From the human T2T-CHM13v2.0 reference genome, Homo sapiens, in NCBI RefSeq assembly GCF_009914755.1, contig NC_060927.1: 64,000 bases of DNA; one strand, 5' to 3'. The notes under the pieces were generated by a model. That model worked only from the letters and a program-made list of their open reading frames with translations, was not told the origin of the DNA and made no database searches. Both the position numbers and the translations under genes were made by a program. The first letter of the stretch is position 1, and each line of letters opens with the position of its first letter. Positions 30,686-43,519 of the stretch are shown here, piece after piece.

Positions 30686-31155
30686 CTACGTTGGAGGGAG
30701 GGGAAGCATACAAAAGAGTAACATTAGATTGGGAAAGTTGTATTCTAACATCATCTATGCTAGTTAATTTACCACGTTCCCTTGAGTAAGCCTCTTCCCC
30801 TTTCTTAGGTCTTCATCTTTCTTCTAAAAGTAAGAGGCTAGACTAGGAGATTTTGGGGGTCTCTTCTAGGTCCAATATACTGAAATTTTAAGTGCTTTCT
30901 TTTGACTTTTAACATCTGTAGACTTTTTTTATTCTCCAGGGATCAGCTGTGAGCTCTACCATCAGATCATATTGGATATCAAATACTGAGAACCAGGGTA
31001 GAAAATTCAGGACAGTTTCCTTTTTTTTTCTTCTAGCAAAAAAATTCCAACACAAATTTAGTGGCAAGTAGGCATTGTTTAAACGGTGTACAGGCCAGTT
31101 TCCTTTACTTAGTGTCATTGCAATAGGCTAACACAGGACAAGGTGGTCACCCTTA

Positions 31156-31459
31156 TTTCTTTCCTTTCTTTTTTTTTTTTTTGAGATCGAGTTTCTCATC
31201 ACTCAGGCTGGAGTGCAATGGTGATCTCGGCTCACTGCAACCTCTGCCTCTGGGGTTCAAGCAATTCTCCTGTTTCAGCCTCCCGAGTAGTTGGAATTAC
31301 AGGCACCTGCCACCATACCCAGATAATTTTCATATTTTTAGTAGAGACAGGGTTTCACCATGTTTTCCAGGCTTGTCTTGAACTCCTGACCTCAGGCCAT
31401 CTGCCCGCCTCGGCCTCCCAAAGTGCTGGGATTCTAGGCGTGAGCCACCGTGCCTGGTC
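31156..31459 (-). mobile_element. AluS element
   Basis: Alu consensus, minus strand. Confidence 0.95.
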
Positions 31460-31529
31460 AAAGCTACTTATTTCTGTAAAGGCAGCTCATTATGCATGCC
31501 ATCCTGATGGTGAATTAGTATTTTATTTT

Positions 31530-32320
31530 TGATTCATTTATTATTATTCATTTAGTCATTCAAGCATTTTATTGTCTACTATATGCCAGGCAGTATGTTA
31601 GACTCTGAAGATGCAGCAGTGACCAATATGCTTGTCCTCCTTGCCCTCATGGTGATTGTTATAAGGAGATAAAGCAGGCATTAAACAAATAATTCCAGAA
31701 ATAGCTATTAACACTTGTATTTAAGATTCTAGAGGTGCTGTAACAAGGGATATAAGGGGACATAGCACAATGACCTGATCTTGTCTGGAGTACTAGAGAA
31801 GGCTTTGGGAAGAAAGTTTCTCCATCCTATTCAAGGATCCAAGAGAAGAGCCTAGTAGAAGCCAAGAATTAGAACATTTGTAAGAGATGAGGCTAGAGAA
31901 GTAGGCGGGTCAGTTCATGCAGAGCCTTGTCAACCATGGACATAAGATTTGGACTTTATTTTAAATGCAGTGGGAAACTATTGAAAGGCTTTTAAGTAAC
32001 AGGAGTGACATAATGATCATGTGTCTTAAATATGCTCCCTCAAGATGCAGAGTCGGGGAGACACAGGTGGGAGGTACATACTCCAAGACAAGTATACTTG
32101 CTATAGTTCAGGTAAAAGATGATGGTAGCCTGGATGAGGGTAGTTGAATGGAGAGGGAGAAAGTGGATGGATTTGAGGCATAAACAGGAAGTAGAATTAA
32201 TAGGTGGTAGTGACTGATTGGATGCAGAAGTTTATGGGGAGGGACATGGCCAGAAGAGTCTTCATTTCTGGCTCAAACTATTGCGTTGTTGAATGGCCAT
32301 TGGAATTGAGTAGCTTTGGG
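31530..32320. mobile_element. L2 fragment
   Basis: tcattcaagcattttattgtctactatatgccaggca...gatgatggtagcctgga. Confidence 0.75.
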
Positions 32321-33124
32321 GGATCTGATATTAAATCAGCTATGGATTTGAAAGTTTTGTAAACCAAAAAAACATATTATTGTTTTTATTATTGCCAAAG
32401 CAAACATTTTCATGACCTTTATATGCTTCTGATATATGTTCATATCCTTGCAAAAAAAAGAGACTACTTTGTTGCTATAAAAATATACATGTATTGCTTT
32501 GGTTAGAGAAAAGGAGGTGAAGCTGGTGGGATTTCAACTTTCTCTCAGTCCTAAAAGGAGAATAAAGAATAAAGAAATGAGAAGCGTAAGAACAAAAGAA
32601 ATGACCTTATTCTTTCTTTTTCTTCTGCCTGGAAGACAGACAAGATAAGCAATGAGGAATTATAGTTGATAAAGTAATTGTAGAGATAGGCTGCTGGAGG
32701 TGAAAAATGAGACTCCTACATGAAGGTTATCTTTTTTTCCAGCCTAAGAAAAATCTTGTCTCCCATTTTCTTTTTCTTACAGTTACTGAAAATTCTGCCT
32801 TACGGATCCAGATTCAAATTATAGTATAGAATATTGCCAGTTTGATAGAAAATGATTTAGCCTCTCTTTCCAACTGTGTGCATTCCTTGTTGCTACTAAG
32901 GATTTTTATTCTTTCTTAAGCAGTAGTTGGGTTTTATTTTGTTGTTGTTGTTTTTTTTTTTTTGGTTGCTGCTTTTGTTTGTTTGGTGTTTACCTTGTGA
33001 ATGCTTTGTACTTTTAAGACATAGTTGTGATTACTGATGTGTATAATGCTCTCCTCATGGCCTAGTGCAGTGCATGGAACATAAAAATTCAATTAATAAG
33101 TGAATTACAAGATAAAGTTTTCAT

Positions 33125-33470
33125 CAGTCAGTATAGACTAGATGATGCTGCAATAACAAATAACTCCTAAGTTGCAATTGCTTAAAAAAAACTATTTCTT
33201 ATTCACTAGGTAGATCCATTAAAGATTGGTAGGGGAAGAGGAGGCCTCTGCTCAAGGACTCAGGCTGATAGTGCAACTTGTCCCTGCTTCAAAGGCAAGA
33301 AGAGATCTGAGGGTGTCACTTCAGCAATTAAATGCTCTATTGCTTGAGGAAATGACATCAGTTCTAATGACACCTCACTGGCTGAACCTTATGGCATACC
33401 CAACCCTAAAGGGATCAGGAAGTGCAATCCTACTATGGTCAGAAGGTGGAAAGGCTCAACTTCTCTGAAA
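33125..33470. mobile_element. MLT1-type LTR, degenerate
   Basis: tcagtcagtatagactagatgatgctgcaataacaaataac. Confidence 0.55.
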
Positions 33471-34059
33471 AATGTGAGAGTAGTTTTGCTTTGAGTTGGG
33501 AGAATACACTAAATGGCCTCAAAGATCAATATATGTTGATTCTTACATTATTAGGACAAATGATCATTGGCTGCAATGCAATGGACTGCAAGGTATTTGG
33601 AAGAAAAAAATAGAACTATGCTAATATTCTTGCTTCATTACATGCATTTAGAATGATAGTTAAGGCGAGTCTTTATTCCAGTATTTTTTTCTTAATTGTC
33701 AGCAATGCCTATCTGAATGCCTTGAATGTAATCCATTAGGTGGTCGATTAAATTGAATTATGGAAGTAACTATCTTGACCCTTATTTTAATCTCTAGAAA
33801 TGAAAAACATAATGGTTACAGGTTTTCAAAATAGTAGCCTTTATTAGCAAAGGTGAACTTCCTTTTAATTTTAATTCATTAGCATAGCAAAACCACAACC
33901 AACAACAATCACGGGGCAAAAGCCATCTTGTATACTTCTATATTTCAAATGCCTGGTGTAATATGTACCTCTAGAAAGAATGAATAATCATTTTTTGAGA
34001 CTATCTTAATGTTAAAGAAATAAGAAAATATAATAGTTATTTTTTTGGATTTTTTTTCC

Positions 34060-34320
34060 ATTAAATATTTTATCCCAGTGTTTAAGAATGTACTCTTGAG
34101 CCAAATCATTTGGGCTTGAAATCTGCTCTGTCTTTTACTACCACACAACCTTGTGCACGTTCTTTAATCTTCCTGTCTCCTCTCACATTCCCCATCTGTG
34201 AAACAGAGATAATAATAATACTTATCTTGTGGGGTTGGTAAAAAGAATTAAATTAGACTTTACAAGACATACTATAGAATGTGCTAGCATCTGGTGAAGG
34301 TTTGATAAACATTACCTGCT
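34060..34320. mobile_element. MIR
   Basis: gggcttgaaatctgctctg...cccatctgtgaaacagagataataata. Confidence 0.75.
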
Positions 34321-34999
34321 GCCACTGCTGTTATTATTTTTTTATCTTGATGCTGTACAGTCAGTGTAAACTTTCTGTACATACTCATGAACAATAATAA
34401 TGAGGCACAGATGTGAAACATGCAACACCAACTAGAACTTTGACATTTTTAACTGTGAGATTAATATTTACTATTACTTAGAAATCTGTTTAGAGGTAAG
34501 ATTTAGAGAACAGTTGTTATGTTACAAAGAGCTATTATGTGTGTTTTGTGCAATGTGAAAGACCAATTGGCAAGACTGACGAGTCTGAAGGATCCCTAAC
34601 TCTCTCACTGTGTGTAACATGAGAAAACAGAATCACTTGCAAAGATGTGCAGCAGCATTGGACCTTCTTTATTGTGCCTCTGAAAGGCAAGAGAGTATTC
34701 TGGGGAATTTCAAAATGTTTCCAAGGAAGCAATATTATGAGAACTACCTTGATTTTGAAAACATCATAAAAGATTAGACAGTATCATCTATAACAGTGGG
34801 GATCTCATCAATCACGTTTTCTGCTTTGTTCCCAGGCACCTAACACATAGTAGGTGCTTTATAAGTGATTTGTGAAATAACTGAGGGTATTTCAGAGAAT
34901 TATTACCAGCACAATCTATAAATGAAAACTAGGTCATCTTGTATTCATCATTGAAATTTAGGCAAAATTATACTATATTTCTGAAGAAGAAAGGGTTCA

Positions 35000-35620
35000 A
35001 ACCGTAGTAAGAGGAAGAAGATGTTGAACTTCTGAGTGTTTTCCCTCCCCACCCCAGCATGTTATTTGAAGGAGAGGAAAAATTTTTTAAAAAAGAGCTG
35101 TGAGCATATTTCTTCATTTGGTGCTGAAAATAACATATTTTTATTTATTAAACATGTTCAAAAAGTTCAGAAGGTTTTTATTGGACTTATGCATATACGC
35201 ATCTATGTCCTATTCCAGGTAAATTCTAGTCTATTTAACTGCTGAAACAACCAGCAGACTTAAATTAGTATAAACCTGACAATATTTGTGGTTAATTTAC
35301 TGGTAAAAAGAACATTAAGAGGTAAGAAATGGCTTATATTTCACTTTCCCATTTACTGTTAGAAGTCTAACTCCCACTAATACTATCAGTATTTTGCAGA
35401 ATGCTTTTTTCTTGTTTCTCCTTCCCTCTTTACTCTTTTGTTAAATCAGTGGTATCAGTAGGACTTCTAATGTAATAAATCAGGCAATATAATGTTAAAG
35501 CGCTGCTTGAGTTGTTGAAGAGTTAGTAGGCAGATATTACAATTCACTGTAGCTGTAATAGAGGGTAATGTCACTTTAAGACATGTGATACTTTAGAGCG
35601 GAGGGATGTATTGAAACAGA
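35000..35620 (+). promoter_or_regulatory. TAFA1: Probable TAFA1 proximal promoter (AT-rich, not a CpG island)
   Basis: Repeat-free unique sequence immediately 5' of exon 1; inferred from position. Confidence 0.5.
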
Positions 35621-36070
35621 CTACTGCTACTTACAGCACCGTATAGCAGCCCTGCTCCTACATTTTGCTGCCTTACTCTGCCCCGAATGCACTGGAGTGG
35701 GGATGGTCCATCGGCAACTATAAACTGATTCTCATCAGGAAACTGCACATTATCTCCCCATCACTTCAAAGGTCTCGTCAGGCAGAGGTGACGCCAGGAG
35801 ATGATTTAAAGGTGAAAATGACAAGGTTTCCACCCCTCAAACCTTGGCTCCTTTTCTGACAATACAGTCTGAATGAACCCGATGTCTTTTTTTTTACTGT
35901 GGAAATAGGATCGGAAGAGAGTAACATTTTTTTTTTAATCCTGATAAAGAAGATTGTTGGGAAGCTCTTTGAAAAAAAATTTTAAATTGTGGCACAGATG
36001 GATTTTAAAAAGTGTTAGATCTTTCCAATGAACACTAATAGAGTACTCTGCTCTTGGCTGGATTTTTCAG
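35615..36070 (+). other. TAFA1: TAFA1 non-coding (5'UTR) exon 1; start coordinate approximate
   Basis: Unique, repeat-free sequence ending in the strong donor ttttcAG|GTAAGA at 36070/36071. Splicing to 37992 gives ...gatttttcag-agaATGGCA, which fits my recollection of the mRNA leader. The TSS cannot be fixed from sequence alone. Confidence 0.75.
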
Positions 36071-37991
36071 GTAAGAAGCATCTTTAAGGGTTTAAGATTC
36101 AGAAAGCAGATCTGAAACATATCCAGGCATATCTAGAGAACTGTGCAAGGCTGAATGCTTTATTTGGGGAAGACGCTTAATAACATTGAGACAACCCCTT
36201 GGTAAAGGAGCAAGCAGTGAGAGTGACATGCAGGAGGCTTGGAAGTAATGCTGAGAATTTAAAAAAGTTAAATTAAAAAAATATATATTGCAAGCATAAA
36301 ATCACAGTAATCCTTTTGAGTGGTAGGATCTATATGGGTGAAGAAATGAGCAAGAGAAAGCAGTCATTGAAAAACTATTAAGTTTTGGTTGTGGCAGGAT
36401 TTTTTTTTCAAGTTTGGATGAATTTCCAGTACATTTTAACTGCAATTCACAAGCAGTAAATACATCCATAGTCACCTCTGTTTTGTCTTTCTGTAATTTG
36501 CAGGGTATTCTGAAAAAGTCCCCAAATACATTCATTTTAGGTTTCACAGGAGGGGTGTTGCTGTTTATTTCCACTGAAGAGAATGCATGTATGTTATCCC
36601 AATAGTTCTGAAAACAATAAGGCAAAGTATGTTGTATACAAAAGTAAACAGTGGGCAGTGAAACTAATTAGAAAGTGAATGCTCCATCTGAATCACAGAC
36701 TTAGGCATGAATAGCACCAAGCTGTTGAAAATAATGTTTTCCTGCTTTGCACTTAATTATAGTTGTCACCATTTGTCTATTATAGTCCTAAAATCCTTCC
36801 AAGACTGCATCTCTCTGCTAAAATCCACAAATTAGCGTGCATTATGTGCATACATATGATGTATATTTTTGTTTTCTGAACATCAGTTTTTAATAAAGAA
36901 CCAATTTTCATGAATAAAGAAGCCAGGCTGGGAGGTTACTAGCACGTTTTCAACGTATAGTTGAGATTTTTGAAGGGTATGATTTGACAGTGAAAAGGAA
37001 AAGAAAGAAAGAAATCTTCCAAAGCCCTCTCTGCCTAACAGAAAAGCATACAGTTAACTGGATTCTTGTGTAGAAAATGCTTCCCTATCACTGGCTGAGT
37101 AAGGACGGTGCTTCAAGTTTGATTAATTTGGCAATATGAAATGCAGCATAAGGTGTTGTTTGAGAAATTGGACAATATATAGCGCAGTTGAGCCTTTGTA
37201 GTTCCTAAGATCCTCATAGGTGCAGATAAGACTGTCAAAGTTTCAGCACCCGAGAAAAGGTACATATTCATCCATAAATACATATGCCACCTGTATATGC
37301 ATATTCATCAATGCTATACAACAAAAGCTACAATGGAATCTTAGGAGGCTAAGCAATATTGCAAATTATGGCTTGCTCTAGGATAGAAGCATAGGTGTTG
37401 CATCTGAAACTCATTCTGGCTAAACACAATCCCTTCTGATTCTTAGGTCCAGTCAAAAGGATCAGTTCTATCAGGAGATTACAACATGCCTCTGAGAAAT
37501 GATTACTTAGTTTAGAAGACAGCATTGCAATTAAAAATTCATGACTGTAGAATTAAAAAAAAAAAAAGAACCCACTCTTTCCTTCCAGGCTTATGTCAGA
37601 CTTGCAATGAAGTTAGAATGAACAGGAGGAGTCTGCAGCTTTTCAGTGCCTGGGATAACTATAGTTTAAAGATCATTGTGTAAAATAGGATTTTTAGTCA
37701 GCATGCATTGTTTTAAACCGACTAACTGATAGCCTAAAACTTTATTTTTGCATTTTGCCAATCCTTGGAGTTTTGTTTTGCAGAATTAAGAAAAAAATGA
37801 ATGTATGATCATCTGAAAAGGGCTTTCTCTCAATCCCACTTCATGGCATGACCTCTGCTGGATCATTAGTTCTAGCCAGAGAAGTAGCAAAGGAACATGA
37901 CGTCTGAGACCTCCCTTCCCTCATCAGTGGGGCTGACTGAGCTGGGGGCTTGAAGCCGGAGGTAACCTTTCCTGTCGAATGTTCTCTTTAG
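36071..37991 (+). other. TAFA1: TAFA1 intron 1 (1921 nt, GT-AG)
   Basis: GTAAGA donor at the start; pyrimidine tract plus TAG acceptor at the end. Confidence 0.75.
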
Positions 37992-38177
<186 letters not shown>

Positions 38178-38929
38178 TGAATGCAAGTGACATAAAGTGC
38201 TATAGTGTGGGCAGCTTGCCTTTGAATTCCAAGACATATTGTTGGCTGGATGCTTTGGGGGAAGGGGAGTGTGCCAAAATGTCTTGGAGGTATTTCTATT
38301 AATTTCTCAGAAAAGGTGTGTTTTTCTAAGTGTCACCCCACCTGCTTCTACACACCTTGAAAAGTAGAAGTCATCTGTTTTTGGATGCTTTGGCCAATAG
38401 CAGAATATTCTGCAAAAGTTGGAATAACTTTCAGTACTTGAGGATTTTACCTACTATAATCTTGGTCTGTATGTGGCTAAGAATTTTGTGGGGGCATAGT
38501 CCCCAAACTAACTTTGGAAGCAAGTTGTCAATGAAAAAGAAATTAAAAAGTAACTTACTATTTCTTGCCTGGTTTAATGTGCCTTCTTTCCTTTCTCCCT
38601 TCCTTCACTTTCTGTTCTTCTGGTATGCTCAGTGGCATTTTTCCCTCTCTTTTGGCAGTTTCAGGGACGAAGTCCCTCCCACCTGATTTTTGTTTTGTTT
38701 TGTTTTGTTTTTCCTATATTGAATTTTTAGTTCCGGACGCATTTTGCTTTCTTCCTCTTAATGTTCAAAGTATATTTCTCACCCTTCCACGGCCTCGCTC
38801 TTCATTCTGGATTTTGCTCTCCTTCTTTGCCTCTCCAGCTTTCTCATTACAGTCCCTCCCAGCTCGATTGTCCTTACCTTCCCCGGTTCTTGGAAAAATT
38901 TCCTTCCATTTTCTGTTCAGTATCAGCCT

Positions 38930-39620
38930 TCGCATCCTTCTACTACTCAACCCGCCTTCACCCTCCACCCCACCTCCCTCCCTCCCCTCCCTTCCTCTCT
39001 CGCGACGGTCAAGTTCGGGCTCTGGGGACCAGTTGCGCGCCCAAGTTTCTGATGCTCAGTTCTGAAGTGCTCCCAGCCCTCCACCCGCCTCTCCAAATCC
39101 CATCAATGGCCTCCTCCCCCCATCCGTCGAGCTTCCTCCTGCTGCGTAGTCCAGCGTCTACGCCCTCGCCTTTCCCTGGCTCCTCAGTCGGCCTGGACAC
39201 CGATACTAGGCTCTTCTGTACAGCCCTCCAGCAATACCTTCCGGGGCCCCGCTTGCTGCCTCCTGGGGCTCAGCTTCCCTGCTGGGGGCAGGCATGTCAG
39301 AGCGCGGATGCAGCCCAGGGTCCTCCCGCGCGCCTGCACCAGGCTGCAGCGAGCGCGCAAGCCTGCTGGGTGCTGGAGCTCGGGCCGCCCCGGGAGAAGG
39401 GGTGGGGCTGGCTTGTGCTAGGGGCTGAGGCTGGGGGCTGTTTCTGGGCCCTGCCACCCTGTTTCCCCCAGCCCTGGTCTGACAGGGAAGGCGAGGGGGC
39501 GCTGGTGCCCCTGCAGGTGGGCAGGGAAACCGCCCTCTTCAGGACGCGCTTGTATTTCTGCATCCTGTGTCCTGAGCCTGGCGCGGGAACCGCCACTCAA
39601 ACCCTCAGTGCAGCCGAGAT
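38930..39620. promoter_or_regulatory. Intragenic CpG island
   Basis: Abrupt GC-rich, CpG-dense segment (cgcgacgg, tgcgcgcc, ccgcgcgcc, gcgagcgcgc) in an AT-rich background; not a recognisable repeat. Confidence 0.85.
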
Positions 39621-39779
39621 GGAGGGAAAACAAAAGTGAATTTGAGATTCCCACTTTACCTCCAATCACTTAATCACAATTTGTTCTGGCACAAATGTCT
39701 TTCACTTGTTACATGGTCATAAATAATAAACAGTGCGGGACATCTGCATTCGTTGTGATGATCAAGAATAAGAATTCAT

Positions 39780-39990
39780 AATAAAAACAACTACTACGTG
39801 TATGTTTTAGGCAGGGCTCTGAGGATTAGTTCACACTGTTCAGTTTAATCCTTATGCAAGTGGGTGTAATTTCTCCCCTTTCGCCCAGGAAACAGAAGCT
39901 CTGAAAGGTTAGGTGGCTTGTCTGAGGCCACACAGGGAATAGCTGCCATTGGAGGTCAAATCAGCACGATTCACCGCCAGAGCCTGTGTC
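39780..39990. mobile_element. MIR
   Basis: tttaatccttatg...ggaaacagaagctctgaaaggttaggtggcttgtctgaggccacacag. Confidence 0.7.
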
Positions 39991-42900
39991 CTCAGGAGGC
40001 GAAAATGCCTCTCGGTGCACCGAGTGACCATGCCAAATAGCTTCTTTGAGGAAGTGTGAGCCCCTTCATATAATTTTTGAAAACTTTCATTATGTCAATA
40101 CTTGGTCCAATCTCAACTGCACACCCATTCTGAGAGGTGGCCATGGCAGAACTAGTGAGTGGCACGTGGTTGAGGGGGAAAGGCAGGGCTCGGGGCTGGC
40201 CACCTGAGTCTCTGTCACTTAAGGTTAGTGACATAACCTTGGGCAACTGACTTTTCTGCTCTCATTCCCCATTTATAGATATGGTGGTTGGGGGCGGGGA
40301 GAGGTGGGGTGTAAATATAATAAAAATAACTTCGAATAAGTCTTTTGTAAGCTGTAAAGTTCTTCACAAATATTGGGAATTACTGATGTCCCCCCTTAAT
40401 AGACTGTAAACCCACAAGCCAGGGATGTTTGATGAATAAAGTTTTGCTGTTCACACAGCTAATAATCCACATAGCCAAGGCAACAACTCTTTTTTTTCTC
40501 TTGCTATTGTTTTGTTAACCATGTGGTACATGGCTAGAATATACTACCAATGCTATGTGTCTTATTTTACTCTGTGCGTATAATCATGAAATAGATACAG
40601 TACCGTTTGTAACAAGCTTTCACATAGTTGTCTCTCTTAATCAGTGAATATATGGAGTTTTTCATTGGGGGTTATGTATAATAAGTAAACTTATGTCTTT
40701 ATAGGGCTTATTGTTAAAATACCGTAGTTTAAAACTGAGAATCACATATTAGGTTCTGGCTGAAATTAAACTCAATATTTGTTTTCTCCATTTTCTTCCT
40801 TAGAATTTGTGTATTATCAACCAATGCGTGGTTGATCTGTGCGTCAAATACCCCAAGAAACTGCAGCACTGAAACCAATTTTGACCCCAAGTGCTAATAC
40901 ATCTGAGACCCATTTCAGCTTTATTGTTGAAATGAAGAAACTATAAATATCCCTTCCTAGATGCAGAATGATTAAAATGATATTAAACTTAACATCCAAT
41001 AGTTCTATATAATACGTTTATTCAACTTTCTTTGGTTTTTGACAATAGCTGCAAAGATTAAAGTGATAGATCTTGGTCATAGCCATATTCTAGATTATTC
41101 CAGTCAGACTCTTTAATACAATCTTTTGATTTTAAGAATAAAAATATGCTTTTATTTTGGATGAGAGTTGTGACGTTTTCCCTTGTAGGTCTTAAATCTC
41201 CAGGGACACTAATGAAATGTGTATGAAAACAAGATAGAAATCAGGGCCAGTTATCTGTGACAATCCACCCCTAAATGAACAAATAAATAAATAAATTGCT
41301 GGATAAATGAGCAAAAAGGAAAAACATAATCTCATTTTCTCAAATCGGTTAAAACAAGTGACATGATGAGAAAAAAATGAGACACCCGCAGACCCTGAGC
41401 TCTGCCACATTTGCCTAAGCTTGAAAAATCACCTCTTTCATAAAGCAAGAGCAGGCAGACTCCGTGTGCATACCAAGTATCTGGGAAATGTGGAAAATGA
41501 CAAATCTTTCACTCAGAGCCTTGAATGGAAGGAGAGTGAAAGCTTTACAGCTGCTTCCTCACCTGCTTAGGAATGGCTCCCCCCAATCCCCTCCCTCTGT
41601 TCCCCAGCCTCTTACGGGCACTTTGGCTGTTCCTTGCATGGTAATATTGATGGTATTCAGACAGCAAACAGCCAATTTCAGTCTCTCAAGAAATAATCCA
41701 CTACATTGACAGGTGAGTGGAATTTGACGTGATGTTCCCCTCGTTCAGATTGCCTCACCTGGATGGCACCAGCCAGCCAGGGTCCTTTAGGGGAAATGGT
41801 TAGAGACTTGGGCCAATTTCTGCTGTCATAACATGAAATCGAGACCATGTTTTTGTGAGGCCGTGAATTTGTGATCTGTCTTCTCAATGCAGTGGGTTTG
41901 TACACAAACAGAATGAGAATATGTTAACTAGAAAACTGACTCATTTTAATGTATTCGCCTGCAGTCCCTAACTACTTCCTATTTTTCATATTTATAGTAT
42001 TAGGAATGCACCATTTATTTTCAGTTACTCACTAGTTAAGGAAGATTAAAACAGTCAATCAAATGAAAGTGAATTTTAAAATTACACTAATGAGTAAAAT
42101 GTGCTGTAGATTAACAGATTTGTAATTTCAATAATTTAATATTTGGCTGGATCAAGTTTTTATTTGGGGAATGATGTAGGAAATTACCCTAAAAACTTGA
42201 AGAATACTTGAGCTTCTTTTTTATTTTTCATTATAAAGCTATAGACAGGACATTTAGTTGTAAAAAGACACACTAAAAAATGAAAACTCAAAAGTGGTGT
42301 TCAATTGTTTCAGGTAATTATAAAATAGACACCTCAACTCTTTATAATCACCAGGTTTTTTTGTGTAACAGGTAAAAAAAGATTGAACGGTTTTTGCTAA
42401 TCATAATTTTCTGTTTTAGGATGAGTTTTTCCCCTTATGGATATATGAATTAGGACAGCAATTTTGATAGTTACTTAATTTTGAATGTGTGTGTGTGGGG
42501 GGTGGTGGGGGGGTGGGTGTCCTTGAAACTTAGTAAAATATAAATCATCTCAAAATTATTTAGCAAGAGAAGATCCTTGGGATTCTTCAGTAATTTTAAA
42601 TTATATAGATAAATTACATGAGACAAGAAGTTTTAAGTGCCTAATGAATCATTTATTCCTGAGTCACTGCTATTTTATCGACAGGGGTGTACGGAAATGA
42701 TATATAAAAAGATTACTCTGAATAGAGTTGTCTGTGTAATTTATACTTGACCTGATTTAAAGCTATATTAAGCAAACTATGTGTGTTAGATATATTCATT
42801 TTTGCCTTGATTATTACATACTGAACATCACCTTCCATTTTAAAGTATGATATTTTTGTTAAAATATTAAAAAGCATTTTTGTATGCCTTATACTTATTT

Positions 42901-43519
42901 TTACCTTACTATTCAATATTACTTTATTGAAAGCTGCTCAGAGAATATGCAGTAGAATACCAGAGTACATTACAATAAAGGGTTGTTTTATAACTGTAAT
43001 ATAAAAGAAATAGTGGGTACAACTATGGTCGCATATTGGCTCTTTAAGAATGCGTACCAGTGCTAGGCTGCTAAATATAGCGAATTGGCCTAAGGATTGG
43101 AGCAGACAGGTTGTTATTCGGTGCAAGCTGGTGCTTAGTGATAATCCATCGATCATCTGATTGATCCTATTGACCTCATCGCAGAGTCAGGGTGCAGCTA
43201 TTGATATTTGATCAGACCCTATAATATCAAAGCCAAATACAGATGCAAATAAATATTTCCTGCTGATCTTATGAACTTATAAGAAAATTATTACAATGCT
43301 ATAAAAACTCTTACTTACGTAAGCTCAAACCTATGGTTTCAACTCCTAGTTAGGGAAAATAGATGTTATACCACACTGCAAACAAAAATATTTAGAAATG
43401 GCAAAAATGAAGTTTAGCCTTTAATTGTTAATTTCTTAAAGTTTACTTAAGAAGACAATTTGAACTCTTTTAAACATTCTTTCAATTTTAAACTTTGTGC
43501 GAAAGTATCAAAGCTTAAC

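Noticed and set aside
37242-37260. REST/RE1-like TTCAGCACC in intron 1
   Set aside because: Only the left half-site is present; the GGACAG right half is absent.
37961-37991. Donor-like GAG|GTAACC 30 nt upstream of the exon-2 acceptor
   Set aside because: 30 nt is too short for a spliceosomal intron with that acceptor, and no other use can be supported from the sequence.
38761-39639. 292-codon ORF (and overlapping 166-aa and minus-strand ORFs), the longest in the window
   Set aside because: It spans a pyrimidine tract and the CpG island, where stop codons are compositionally rare. The product is low-complexity Pro/Ser/Leu/Ala with no recognisable domain, and the start context is weak.
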